Shown in pieces: positions 19,160 through 35,110 of a stretch of 64,000 bases of DNA. The DNA is from the human T2T-CHM13v2.0 reference genome, Homo sapiens. Within the stretch, counting starts at the first letter, position 1. Every line of letters begins with the position of its first letter. The notes beneath the pieces were generated by a model. That model did not search any database, was not told where the DNA came from, and saw nothing but the letters and a program-made list of their open reading frames with translations. Both the position numbers and the translations under genes were made by a program. The stretch is taken from NCBI RefSeq assembly GCF_009914755.1, contig NC_060929.1. One strand, given 5' to 3'.

Positions 19160-19390
19160 GATCTGGTCTGATTGTTCTCCACAGCATTTTCATCAACTGG
19201 TACTTTAAATTTTTTTAATTTTCTAGTTATTTGTTCATTGACTTCTCCCTACTAGAATACAAAAGTCAATAAAGATAAAGACTGGGTCTAATTTATTCAC
19301 TGCTTTATTTTCAGCACTTAGAACAGTTTCTTGCACATACATGGGGTCAATAAATGTTCGTTAAAAAAAAAAAGTGAATAAATGAGTGGA
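19160..19390 (+). mobile_element. L2 3' end
   Basis: ctactagaata...ttattcactgctttattttcagcacttagaacagtttcttgcacata...tcaataaatgttcgtt...tgaataaatga. Confidence 0.7.
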
Positions 19391-22300
19391 GTTGATGATC
19401 TTGTCCTTTGAGTTATTCCTTTCTTGAGGCAGTGGAAGTGGCCTGAGCTGGGGAAAGGGCTTTAGAGCCACAGATCCCAGAAAAAAAATACGTCGATACT
19501 ATCTCACGATGTTTCCCATTACAAATAGGCACCAGGTAATAACTATATGATTTATAGGCTTATTATGAAAATGGGGTTGTTTTCCTAAAGGTAGAAGCAT
19601 CTCTGCCCAGTTCCTTCGAGGCAGATATATTTCACTTTCTGATGTGTGTGCCGGAAGGCCCTTGGTGATTTGGAATGTAGCACGATGTTTTGTCTCCAGA
19701 TAGCTCAGTAGAGATCGTTTTTTTTTGAAGTTACTTTTTTTCATCTTACTTATTTAGTTACTACAAAATTGACTAAAGTAAGTAGAGATATTCTGTTCTC
19801 AGTCATATTCATGTGTTCTAGCTGGAGTCACTGCAAAATCCTTGTTTACATTTTTCTTGGAAACTCTTGATATGGCTGGTTGCAAAACCACTGTGGAATG
19901 CAATAAAACATGGAAATGAAGACACTAGTGGGAAATGGACTTGTAGTTTATGATGTTGTTTTCTTCTGACAAGAATACACGTATAGATAGATTTATTTTT
20001 ATAAGACTAACGTATTTTTTCTAAGCTGCTTTGTTCTAAATAGAACTGTCGCTCCTACTTTTTTTCCCCCAAATCTGAACTGAGTATGAAAGAACAGAAC
20101 TATTTTGAAAAGATTTACTGACTCACCGGTGTATCCGCAGTAGAGATAGCAGACGCCAAAGACATCCACTGGGGAAAACCTGTGAAAATTCATAAGGTCA
20201 CAAGTCTTTGTGCAGATTCTCTTGGGTTGCAGAGAGGAGAGATTTGGAATTCTCTTTGAAAGTACAGCTTAGTCATAGATCACAAGCACCAGCAAGACTA
20301 ATATTTTAAATTATATGTTTATTCTTGATACTGAATGATTATTCTGCACCTAGGGAATTAATGTCTTTGCAGTCATTTAAAAATACTTGACAGTAACAGA
20401 CCCTTCTCTACCAAATGATCACGAGGGTTAGATATTGGGGGGTTGAAAGTATAGCTCATTTTTGCAGATTCTTGTGTGTTTGAGGACCTATTTCTAAGAA
20501 TTACGCTTTCCACATAATTCAAGCCCTAGTCAAGCTTTTCCATTCTGATAGCTTTCAGTTCAGATGTTCCTCATTTTATGCAGTAGCGCTCCTTTGAAAA
20601 TGCAACTAAGCTAGACCATCTTTTAAATGTACTGAAAGCACTGGCTGTAATAAATCACGAAAAGCGATATCTTCTCCAAACTGAATCACTACCACTAATG
20701 TAGCTGACTTTTAAATTTGAATTCCCTGAGGTTTGGCTTAAAGCTTGGCTTTGGGCCAAGCTGCCATTAGGAGATTGTGCGGCTAACTCCAATACACTCT
20801 GTGTAATTGCCCTCAGGCTTCTAAATGGTCCCAACTAAAGGGTGAGACACATTTTTTATATAATTTTGTAGTCAACAAAGACACAGTATGGAAATTGTAT
20901 TACAATTTCCACTTTACATTAGCTGTTGCTGCTTGTGTGCATATAAGAAAAGTAATAATAAAGGTATAATTAAATTGGAGAGAAGAGTGTATTTCTATCC
21001 TGTTGGTGCTTATCCTATTGTAGAGAAAGTGAGAATAAGATATAATCTGGTAATGTGGCCACATGGGTCATGACTCTTTGACCACATATACATTATATGC
21101 TTGAGGCCACGTTTCTCATCCATTTTCCCTGTTCACTGTCAAATGGAACAATTTATGAACGATGTCTAAGAGCTGGTGGAAGGAATGTATTTATTACAGG
21201 GTCTCTGCATCTTAGTTCCTGCTATATGGTTTTGTGGCTCATAAAAGAATGCAGACTTGCCCAAAATATCATTTGACTGTAGGTGATGACTGTCAGTACT
21301 ACTCTTAGAACTAAGGGGCTTTCTCCTGTTTCCCTGGAATGTGGACAAATTATTTCCCACTGAGAGCTAAACTTTGAAATCATTTCATATGAGATCAGAA
21401 CTCTGAAAAAACACAGAACTCTTCAAAAAGAAAAAATTACACAGAACTCTCAAGAAAGAAAAAAAATGGCCGTTAGGACTTTCTAACCCAGTGAAAACTG
21501 TCTTTCATTAGCTGTGTTACTACCATCATCCTGAATGGAGGTGGAGCCCACTCAGAAGCTTGACTAAAAGGAGAGTCACAGGCAGACATGGTATTACCCG
21601 TCTTAGCCCTCCGTCTTAGCCCTCTCTGGGGGAAGTTAGTTTAGCCAAGAAACCTCAAATATTAAGGACTCCAACTGATGCCACTGTCTCTGTTCTAGAG
21701 ACTGTAGCTCAATAACATGACATTTCCAGTTCATCGTATTCATTCTGTTCTGATTCCAGTTTCACTAGGCTGCATACTGAAGCTAGCTCTTCCTTTCTTT
21801 TACAGGTATACACCCATTTCTCAGTTCAGTGAATCAACTGGATGTTGCCGTATGTTGGAAGACATACCTTCATCTTACATCCTTGATTTCTGTGAATTCG
21901 CACCTGAAAGACAACAGATCTCATATCAAGCTTACTGAAAACAACAACAAAAAACCCCATAAAACTTTCAAATACCAAGTTTTCTTTGTTCAGCCAATGA
22001 GTATTCATTGTGCACCCATGAGGGGCTAATGCCACTCTGCAAGGCCTTTTGAGAGAGGGCAGAGGATGCCTGGCTCAGGGCCACTTTCCACTTAGAAATA
22101 TCTACAGGCTTTTTTCTCTGTTCCCTCCTCCACTTGAGCCTTTCTCAGTGTCTGATGTGGCACTGTTGTCACCAGATGGTCACTCAACCTTTCAAAAGCT
22201 TTGCTAATTTTCACTAGCTTCCTGCCTGGCAAAAATGGGAGAAAATTAAGTTCTGCTTTGCAGATGCGGCTTGTGAAAACCATTCATTGTGGCATTCATT

Positions 22301-22787
22301 GCAGCCACCCTTCATGATCACTCCTGGGGCTGTCCTTTCTTTGGTGGAAGGCTTTTGGATTTAGGGAAAGTGCCTTAGCACACAGCAGCGTTTTCACTAA
22401 CAATTGGTTGTAAAATCTTGGGGTCACTCTCGAGATGGAAGAAGTCTGAGAGATTATCTGGTGTAACATTCATGTTTCCAAAAGGAAACTGAGATCCAAA
22501 AAGCCAAATCCTTTGGCCAAAAACACATGGCCTAATTTTACTCACTTTCTGTGATTTGGGGCTAGTTTCCAAAAGTCTTCAGCACTGTGTTTTTTTCTTT
22601 TTTTCTTTTGCTCATGGATACTTCTGACAGTCATTCTTGTACTCCTCAAGTTATTAAGGTTCAATGTAGTCAAATTCAACTTTACTCAGATTCCACTGGA
22701 GGGTAGGTCATACAATTGTAAAGAAGCAGACAGGTTGTGTTGCAGGACATACCAAGATTGTTTAGTTCTGATTAATACTAAAAATCC

Positions 22788-23094
<307 letters not shown>

Positions 23095-23251
23095 CCATTG
23101 AGGCAGCTGCCTCAGCAGGAAGACATGTGGCTCTGCCCCTGTTGTTTCTAGGACCCTGAGCATTTGGTGGCATTGATTTGTCTTCCAGTGTTATTTGTTT
23201 TATTCATCTTTGTTGTAGACAAGTCGTGACCAAGATCCTCTAAGAGACAGC

Positions 23252-23836
23252 TGTGGTAGGCAGGCTTCTCAGATGGCCCATGATGAACACCACTGCCTGG
23301 TTTGATGGCCATGTGCTATTCTCTCCCCTTGAACATGGGTTAAGCCTAGTGACCTGCTTGTAACCAACCAACTCCAGCTAAGCTGAAGGGATGCCACAGT
23401 TTTCAAGCTTCAAGGATTAGCTTACAAAAGACTGTGACTTCCTTTTTGCTGATGGACTCTCTTTATTGCCTTCTTGGCTTGAAGACTTTGAGGAAGCAAG
23501 CTGCCATGATGAAGAAGCCAACATGACAAGGAACTTCTGAGGGTGGCTGCCAGCCAACAGCAGCAAGGAACTGAGACTATAAGTTCAACTGTCTGAGAGG
23601 AACTGAATCCTGAAAACAGTCTCATGAGCTTGGAAGCAAGTCTTCCCCAGTTGAGCCATAAGATGGCTACAGCCCAGCTCACACCTTGATTGCAGCCTGC
23701 GGAGAGACCCCGCAGTGGAAGATGCAGTTACACCCTTCCCAGCTCCCTGACTTACAGAAGCTATGAGATAATAAACATGTGTTGGTTTAAGCTGCCACAT
23801 TTGAAGAAATGTGTTATGTAGCAATAGATAACTAAT
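23252..23836 (+). mobile_element. MLT1 (MaLR) solo LTR, MLT1E/F-like
   Basis: starts tgtggtaggcagg..agatggccc; ends gagataataaacatgtgttggtttaagc...gcaatagataactaata. Confidence 0.75.
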
Positions 23837-24149
23837 ATGATAGGAAAAAAGGTAAGACAAGGTTGTAAGCATAAGTTTAAGTGCATTGCCAGCCATACTA
23901 ATTTTTGCATCACAAATGACCTGAATTTGACAATTTCAAAATGTAAAGCATTTTGAATGAAAGTGCATTCAGACAAGAACATGTGAGAGTCCTCTGTATC
24001 TTTTAAATCCACAGAGGCAATGAAGCAGCACTCGTGACTTAATATGCAATTTGAATTGCACCAGACTTTTCAGATGAAAGCAATTGAAAAATGTGGAGGG
24101 AAGATGAAGTGATAATTGCCATTTTCCTTTTAATACTTACACAAATCAT

Positions 24150-24350
24150 GACAGAAACTATTTATTGGACACCTGATAATAATAATTTGCAGCTTATTTC
24201 AAGGAATTCTCTCACCAACTCTATGATGGAGGTAGATTATCCCAATTTTTCAGGTGAGAAAAAAATGCATTGGTGAGTTTCCCAACCCTTACTTGGTGAC
24301 AGCGATGATGTTGGGACCCAGTGTGTCTCACTTTAAAGGCTGTGTTCATA
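24150..24350 (-). mobile_element. MIR
   Basis: ctcaccaactctatga...attatcccaatttttcaggtgagaaaa core-like segment. Confidence 0.55.
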
Positions 24351-24363
24351 GTTTTCAAGCTTA

Positions 24364-24690
<327 letters not shown>

Positions 24691-26340
24691 CTATTCCTCT
24701 CCTCTGCTTTGTTCAACCAATGGTAGCAGGTCATTACAAAAGCTACCTTTATTTTGTTAAAAAAACAAAACAAAATGAATTTTCTGAGTCTAAAAGCCAC
24801 TCTTTTTCCAAGGATATATTTGCAATTAATCATATTCTGAGTTGCGATTTTTTAAACGCTTGCCCTCTGTGTCAGTTTTATTATTACTTAGGCTTTTTTC
24901 ATCCTGCAGATTTTTGTGTTGTATTCACAATTAAATTAGTTTTTTTTTTTTGAGGGCAGGAATAGTTTTTTAATACTTTCATGTCTCCAGCCACATTTGT
25001 CACTGTATTTTGCAAATAATAACCATCTGGTAAATCTTTTTTGATGAATTTGATTAACTCTGAAATGAAAACGGTAATGACCTGAGGGATTGTTTCTTTC
25101 TAGGAAACTGTCAGCCTCATCTAAGGGACCAGAGCTGCCAGGAAAGAACCATGATCAGTGTTGTTCAGAGAACCAGGAGAAATTGCTGCAAGATCAGTCT
25201 TACGAATTCTCTCTGCTGCAGCTTTGCTCCTGGACCACTTCTGAGAGGGATCATGGGTAAATCAGGATGATTAAACATCTGGGTTTGCCTGGGACTGATG
25301 GGTCTTCACTACAGTCTCAGGCAAATGAGGATGAAATGCTCTTCCTAGCAAGCATGTGCATTTCGTGGGAAGGGATGTGCTTTTGCATCTTTGTGTGGCT
25401 TGTTTTTTCTATGACTTTAAACCTAACCAACCAACCGACCAACTGATCAATCAACCAAACAACCAACTTCTGGGTGTCTTAAAAGGTGTACTGGAGCCTA
25501 CTGTTTCATAAGTGTTGTATGTTTTCTATCGTAAATGTTAGCTAGATTTAAACAGCAGTTTTAGTACGGAAGATCTAGTGGTATTTTGGAGGTCACTATC
25601 ATCAATATTTAGCTGTAATGTGCAGACAAGGCTCCTGGGTCTGTTCCATGTCACAGATCTCCTTTGAAGTCCTGGAGAGTTTTGCCCACTGAGCCACTAT
25701 GCAGGGGACAGACAGGAATAAAGCTGGTTATTAGCATGCACTCCAGGTCCAAGAGAGCTGTATCAAAAGCTCACACACCAGGCTATTTAATTTGTTGGCT
25801 GCTCAGTGGAAAGAGGCCTGCTGAGCAGGCTGGGTTGGAAGAATTAAATGGAGAGAAATATAAACCAGTATAATTCACACTACTGTTTCTTGGCTGCACT
25901 CACATGTGGATAAAAAATTTTTTCCTACCCTAGAGCTGGCATATTTGTTTTGCCACTTTGAGCTAGTACCCTGGCAGCTGAAAGTTGGTGGAGAAAATCA
26001 CACAACTGAGCTGACTGCTTTTTAACTTTTGGTAATTTTGAACTTCCATTTGTCATTGCCTGGTAGTTGGATTGTGTTTCTCTAGTAGGTGGTCTTTCCC
26101 GAACTTTCTTCTTGCCCTCAAACCACACATATCCTTTCCTTCAGCAGACAATCTTGCCTCCTTCTTCAAGGAGATAAACAAATAGGTCATCAGCTTTGGT
26201 CCTATAACTTGTCACCACCAACTACAACAGTCTACCTCTACCTTCTGCCACGTGTGCCTCTCCAGCTCGGTTATGAGGGAAGAACTGTTCCTCCTCTGCC
26301 AGGATGAACCATCTTGTGCATGCTTCGTATACTCCTTGGT

Positions 26341-26894
26341 TCTAGGCAGGCAGCTTCTGAATTGGCCTTCAGCAATCCCCATCTCCTCCTATTTATGCCC
26401 TTCTGCAATCTCCTTACTTAGAGTGTGGGACTATTGACTTGCTTCTAATGAGAAGAATATGGCAAAAATGATAGGCTGTCACTTCCAAGATCAGGTTATA
26501 GAAGACTGTCACTTTCATCTTGCTTGTACTCTGTCACCAGCTGGCTCTGATGAAGCACCTCCCATGTTGCAAGCTGCCTTATGGAGAGGTCCTTATGGCA
26601 AGGAACTCAGGGCAGCCTTGGGCTGACAAGAACAATAAACAGAGGTCCTCAATTCAATAGCCCACGAGGAGTTTGCGTCCTGCCAACAACCATCTAGGGT
26701 GGCTGAATGTACATCCTTTGCCAGTTAAGCCTTGAGATGATGGTAGCCTCAGGTGACACCTTGATTTCAGCCTGTGAGAGACCCTGAGCCAGCAGGCCCG
26801 CCTAAGTGGCACCCAGATTCCTGGCACACAGACCTACGAGATAATAAATGTTGACTTAAATCAACTTGTTTTACACATCAATAGATACCTAACA
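26341..26894 (+). mobile_element. MLT1 (MaLR) solo LTR, MLT1F-like
   Basis: gacttgcttctaatgagaagaatatggcaaaa...tgtcacttccaagatcaggtta; ends gagataataaatgttg...caatagatacctaaca. Confidence 0.7.
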
Positions 26895-26975
26895 GATCTG
26901 AAAGTTTTCACACCTATATTTGATCCTCGATTCAGGATGAATACCTGCAGAAATACAGCTTGCTTTCTATCTCTA

Positions 26976-27289
26976 AAGTGGTGCTGTCCAATAAAATATA
27001 TAATGAGCCACAAATGTGAACCATATATTTTTCAGCCACATTAAAAAAAGTAAAAAGAAACAGGTGAAATTAATTTAAATAATGTATTTTATTTCATCCA
27101 TATGTCAAAACTACATTGTTTAATTATGTAATTCATATACCACATGATTAAAGAGATAATTTAGATATATATTTTTTGGACTGAGTCTTTGAAAACCCAT
27201 GTTTATATTACACTGGCAGACATCTCCATTCAGACTAGCCACCCAATGGACCACCTGTGGCTAGCAGCTACCATACTGGACAGCTCAGC
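26976..27289. mobile_element. MER33-like hAT-Charlie DNA transposon fossil
   Basis: inverted ends gtgctgtccaata / tactggacagctc; internal agccacattaaaaaaagtaaaaagaaacaggtgaaattaattt. Confidence 0.75.
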
Positions 27290-27306
27290 TTGAAAGAGAA
27301 AAACCT

Positions 27307-27606
27307 GGCCAGGCGCAATGGCTCACGCCTGTAATCCAGCACTTTGGGAAGCCGAGGCAGGAGGATCAACTGAGGTCAGGAGTTCGAGACCAGCCTGGCC
27401 AACATAGTGAAACCCCATCTCTACTAAAAACACAAAAATTAGCCGGGCGTGGTGGTGCATGCCTGTAGTCCCATCTACTCCGGGAAGAGGCTGAGGCAGG
27501 AGTATTGCTTGAACCCAGGAGGAGGAGGTTGCAGTGAGCTGAGGTCGTACCACTGCACTCCAGCCTGGGCGACAAGAACGAAATTCCGTCTCAAAAACAA
27601 ACAAAA
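27307..27606 (+). mobile_element. Alu (AluS-like)
   Basis: full Alu; TSD aaaacct. Confidence 0.92.
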
Positions 27607-27642
27607 CCTCAGTTTGCTCAAAAAACAATTTCTCTTCAAACA

Positions 27643-27951
27643 TTTTTTTTCTGTTTTATTTATTTATTTTTTTGAGAAAGAGTCTAGCTCTGTCACCCAG
27701 GCTGGAGTGCAGTGGCGCCATCTCAGCTCACTTCAATCTGCCACCTGGGTTCAAGCGATTCTCCTGTCTCAGCCTCCCAAAGGTCTGGGATTACAGGCGC
27801 ATGCCACCACACCCAACTAATTTTGTGTTTTTATTACAGACAGGGTTTCACCATGTTGGCCAGCCTGGATTCGAGCTCCTGACTTCAGGTGATCTGCCCG
27901 CCCTGGCCTCCAAAAGTGCTGGAATTACAGGCGTGAGCCACTGCACCTGCC
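27643..27951 (-). mobile_element. Alu (AluS-like)
   Basis: full Alu, inverted relative to the previous one. Confidence 0.92.
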
Positions 27952-27989
27952 TTTTTTTTTTTTTTTCTGTTTTAAAAAAGGTCTCTTTT

Positions 27990-28180
27990 GCTGGGCACAG
28001 TGGCTCACACCTGTAATCCTAGCACATTGGGGAGGCCAAGGCGGGAGGATCACTTGAGTCCATGAGCTAGAGACCAGTCTGGGCAACATAGTGAGACCCC
28101 ATCTCGAAAGAAAGAAAGGAAGAAAGGAGGGAGGGAGGGAAGGAAGGAAGGAAAGAAGGAAGGAAGGAAGAAGGGAAAAG
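27990..28180 (+). mobile_element. FLAM/Alu monomer whose tail expanded to (GAAA/GGAG/GGAA)n
   Basis: single arm 27990-28107, then a purine tract; approximate TSD aaaaggtctctttt/aaaagtatctttt. Confidence 0.82.
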
Positions 28181-29267
28181 TATCTTTTGAGAATTTTCCA
28201 ACCAGTTGAATTTGCTTCTGTGGCCTCCCCGGGTGCCCTGTAGCCGTGTGGACAAAACCAGCATGGCGTCGAGGGAAGCGCTAGTCCCCTAAACCCCACA
28301 TGGTCTCCAGAGGCTGGCTTCTGGGAAATGCCTCATTCTGTTGGTGTGCGGGTTTCCCACTATAGTCACTGTGCCCAAGCTCCCCCACGCCTGCTCTCTC
28401 AGCACAGGTCTGCCCTGCCCTTGGTTGTCGGGAGCTCTGCCATTTCCCCATCGGTTTCCCCCTAGTTCCGCTGATTCCCCGGGACTTGGAAGACTCCTCC
28501 ACTGGCTCTCAGCTTTGGGCTGTCCTTCCTGTGCCTCTGCTACGGGGTCTCCTGGCCCCACACTTTGGTGACCCTCGGCAGGCATACAACTTACTAATTT
28601 TCTGTTCTTTTCCTCCTCAGGGCCTATGAGAAATTTTCTGGGTCTTCTGCAGGCCTCACTGGAAATGAGGGGGCCTGGGGTGGGGACCTCCCAGCCCTTC
28701 TGCGCTTGGCCCCCGCCCCATCCTGTTCTTCTGGAGCTGCTCCGTGTTGGGCAGGCAGTCTGGGAAGCTGCCTCGCCTTAGGATTCCAAATGGAAACAGC
28801 TTTCTGCCTTTGGATTCTCATACATATGATGGAGATTTCTTTCCTACCCCTCACATCCATCAGCCTGGATTATCAACCACGGTCTCTCCTTTTCCCCCAA
28901 CCTGCTGAAACAATCAGCAGTATCTGATTTTTTTTTCTCTTTCCAGGCTCTTAACTACAGCAAAATAAGAAACTGAAACAAGCAAACAAAAAGGCGTGGG
29001 CAGTGTTAATTCCTTTCGCCAGTGTTAGGAGCTATCCTGCAGCCTTCCTTATTCCAATGTTAACTGAGACAGACTCTTTGCCTAGGTATCCAACCTCTGT
29101 CTTCATCTTCCTATCAAAGCCCGCTTAGTTTTGAGAGCAATACTTTTCCCTCAACTAGTTCTAAGCTTTTGCTAGTTTAAAAGCACTTTGGTGTAAGATC
29201 AACATGAAAGTCATGTTAAAAAGAAAAATCATCATTCACCACTTCAACTGACCCCATGTGTTGTTAG

Positions 29268-30007
<740 letters not shown>

Positions 30008-30099
30008 TCTGCAGGATTATTTACCACTAGCTTGAAAACAGGCTGCAGCAGGAATGGCCACATTCTGTAATAAAACTCTCCCTTTTCTCCCTAGATTTC

Positions 30100-30540
30100 T
30101 GGTTTTGTAGAGAGAGGTATGCCCAAGTACATTTTCTCACATCCTTTGCAGAGAGATGAGGCCGATGAGAAACAAATCCAAATCACTAGTGTTGCTTCTG
30201 GGAAAGCTATCTTAAAAATGATTACTCAGCTGGTAGCTGCCTTTTGCTGTCTCCCTCCTTTTGCATTTTTTCCTTATTTGGAATGTAGAAAGTGATGGCT
30301 GGAACTAGCAACCATCATGTGATCATGAGGCATCCTTGAGAATTGAAGCCTGGTGCTAAAAATGAGGTGACAGGGTAGAAGGAGTACAATATTGATGTCT
30401 AATGTCAGCTTAGAGAGCCTAGATTTATTACCACAGGCCCTGGGATATCTATCTCTACATGTCATGTTATGTGAGAAAAATGAACTCTTGTCTGGTTGAA
30501 GCAATATTTCCATTTCTAGTAGTCAAATTCCTATCCTAGG
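30100..30540 (+). mobile_element. old MLT1-like LTR fragment
   Basis: gatggctggaactagcaaccatcatgtgatcatgagg...gttatgtgagaaaaatgaactctt. Confidence 0.45.
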
Positions 30541-30629
30541 CATGCTTACTTTAACTTCACTTTTACTGTTTCCAACCATTGCAACTTGGACTTTCCTCCT
30601 GTCACTTCTTTGAAACTGCTCTGTCAAGT

Positions 30630-30955
<326 letters not shown>

Positions 30956-31081
30956 TAAAATAACTAGAAAAAAAAAAAAAAAAAAAAAAAAAGGAAAGCA
31001 AAGGAATTGCTGAACTTCAGAATAATTCTTCCCATTTTTTTTTTCTTAAAAACATCTGTACATTAAGAAAAAAAGATTTGG

Positions 31082-32046
<965 letters not shown>

Positions 32047-33529
32047 TTAAAAAAAGAAAAAGAAAAAGATTTGGAATCAGTTATATAAGTTGAAGTCATT
32101 GTTTTTTAAGCAATATCTTTACATTTTAGGCACTATTAATCATTCATTTATCCTTTGAGTTCTCTCTCATCTTCCGCTTTTTGATGGTTACATTATTATT
32201 GTCACATGCAATTCTATAGCATTGCATTCTGTTCTGTACCTGTTATTCTAAAATTGTTTTGCTTTAATTCCAAATTTAAACTCATTCTGAATTCACCCTT
32301 ATCCTTTTATCATAACTTCTTTAATCCTTGGTAGAGATAAAGGTTTCTATTTCTTTCTTTAGCTGTCACTTAAAAAAATGACATTAGGGTACATTGCCTT
32401 CTTTTTGGTTCCTATGGGTGATTTTTTTTTTCTAGTTTCAGTATTTTTGTTTTGATTATTTTTGTTTCAGTATTATAAGATTCTATTTGTCAGATGTTTT
32501 TGCTTGCAGATTACAGAAAATCAACTTAAGCCAAGTAAGGCATCTTACTTTCTTATGCAAAGGGAAACATTAAGGGGGCATTCTAGCTTCAGGGATGGCT
32601 GGATCCAGGAGAGTAAATGTTGTCACTAGGACTGTGTCTCTCCATGTCTGGGCTCCATTGGTGTTATTCTGAGGTACCTTCTATACTTGTGGTGACAATG
32701 ATGTCTACCAGCATCACAGGTTTCCATTGTCATCACAGGCAGAGTAACAGACAACATGGGTTGCAGGACATATTTGGTCTCAGAATTAAAATCTTTTCAT
32801 TGCATTTGAGAAATACAATGTTAGACATATAACTATGCAATTTTCTAGAATTGGCTATTAGTTATATATGGCCCTTTCCTCCCTATTGTGGTCCCATTTT
32901 GAATCTTTCAACCTTATTCCAATTCCTTATTTCTCATCTAGTTGACATGGATGGGAAATTGATCAGCCGCAAACCATTTCCTTGGGAGAGAGAAAGATAT
33001 GATTATTTTATAAAAATATGCCAAATTTTCTTGATGATCTAACATCATGCTTACCTGACAGAAGGGCAGGGGGAAAGAGCTGGTACTCACCTTGACACCT
33101 GTCTGTACCCGATGAGGGGCAGCCTGACTGTGGGTGAATATCGTGCCGAGGGCTGAAGTAGTTTTTATTTTAATCATTTACAAAGAAAAAGCTTCCCAAA
33201 GAAATCAGAGATGTTTCTCAGGTGCTAGGTCTGCAGTCATGCTTCTGATCTGTTCAGCACCCATAAAAGGTGCCACAGGCTCCACTGCAAAGCAATGTGT
33301 AAGTTTTGGATTATGTGAGACCCTGAATGCAAATGGGGAACTCAGAGGATGGTGGAAAGCCAGTTCCATGTTGGCAGGAAAGTATTCTAGTGTTTTCCCC
33401 TCTAGATCTCCAACATGTTTATAGCACATAATAAGCACTAAATAGATATATATTAACTGATTTTGAGTAACCAGGTCATATGTAGAACAGTTAAACATAG
33501 ACATAGAGGTAAAAGGAAAAAAATAAAAA

Positions 33530-33799
33530 GGCTGGGTGCGGAGGCTCATGCCTGTAATCCCAGCACTTTGGGAGGCCGAGGTGGGAGGATTGCTTGAGCC
33601 CAAGAGTTTGAGACCAGCCTAGGTAACATAGTGAAAAAATTAGCCAGGTGTGGTAGCACATGCCTGTAGTCCCAGTTACTTGGGAAGCTGAGGTGTGAGG
33701 ATCATTTGAGCCAAGGAAGTCAAGGCTGCAGTGAGCCCGTGATCTTACCACTGTACTCCAGTCTGGGCAGTAGAGCGAGACCTTGTCTCAAAAAAAAAA
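33530..33799 (+). mobile_element. Alu (AluJ-like) with a small internal deletion
   Basis: gggaggattgcttgagccc; the left-arm end is missing. Confidence 0.9.
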
Positions 33800-35077
33800 G
33801 TAAAATTAAAAAATTTGACCTGAATGGCTAGCTACTTACTAAATTTAATCCTTGCACCCTGAAAAGACTTAGTACATGTTCCTTTATACCATTAACTGAT
33901 ATCCAAATAACTTGTAATAACTATCTTAATAATTCTACAGCAGCAATTTGAGTCTCCTTAAAAATTGTCAAGCATTTTCTTTTGTTAGTCTGTTCTGGGG
34001 TAATGAGTCACAAGTAGTAATTACTGGGTGGGAATTCATTTTTTTTTCTTTTTTCTTTTTAAATACAATGTTAAGCATGTTGTATTAATATTAAATAATT
34101 CTAAAGAGTGTTTCAATAATTTGGAAGTTATTAATGATTGGTGGATGAAAAGATTTTATCCAGTTGTCCAAGCATATGGCAAAAGAAAACTGGCTTAAGT
34201 TGTTGAATTTCTGTTTTCATTTTCCATTGAATTACTGTTTAAAAATGGAACTGGAGAACATGTAATTACTCCAATGGAATGATCATGGGACATCAAAAAA
34301 CTTGTTGCCCTAGGTGGTTAACTGCATGACTAAGAGACAACAATGGGGTGGACAAGGTGAACCTTGTTCAGTAGTGATCTCAATTGCATTTTGGTTCTGT
34401 AAAGCGCAAATAGGTTAACTGAATACCAAAGAGTAGTGAACTGCCTATGATTTGCATCTTTATGTGATGGCTAAGAATTCAAGAAATTGGAATATAGTAT
34501 TTATAACACTCTGTGACCACGACCACAATGTCCCATCAATTTCCTAGACTTCTGAGTGTAGGAAAACAGAAAAGGCCATATTCTCAACTTATGTAATTGA
34601 TAACTACTAATTTTCTAACAATTTTCCAATGATTGCTTGCTATAAAAATGTAAAATGGAGCCAGAAGCTTTAGCATATATTATTCACACTGTAATTTTGG
34701 TTTATTTCCTTCTAGACTTTTTTCCATATTTTTTAGAACAGTTGTAATCATGTTGTACATATAATCTACCCTTATTTTTTAAAACCTACTGTTATAAATG
34801 TTACTTATGTTTAAAATAGCAAAAAAAAAAAACTATCTTGAAGATATTGGTTATAAAGATGATATAATTTATTTTATAATTTCCATATGGCTGGCTATCT
34901 AGATTATCTATTTTTTATTTTTGCAATGAGACAGATATTGCTGTGCATTGATTTTTTGCACACATTTTTTTCCAGGATTTTGCCTGTTTTCTTAGAAGAA
35001 CATTCTACAAGGAAAATTAATGGGTGGAAGTTTATAAACCTATTCATAATGACTCTTGAAGCAAATATTATTCAGGA

Positions 35078-35078
<1 letters not shown>

Positions 35079-35110
<32 letters not shown>

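Noticed and set aside
21395-21625. Short local duplications (cagaactct x3; ccgtcttagccct x2)
   Set aside because: Ordinary slippage-scale repeats with no further structure
30968-30992. Orphan A25 run as a processed-pseudogene tail
   Set aside because: No upstream mRNA-like body, poly(A) signal or TSD visible
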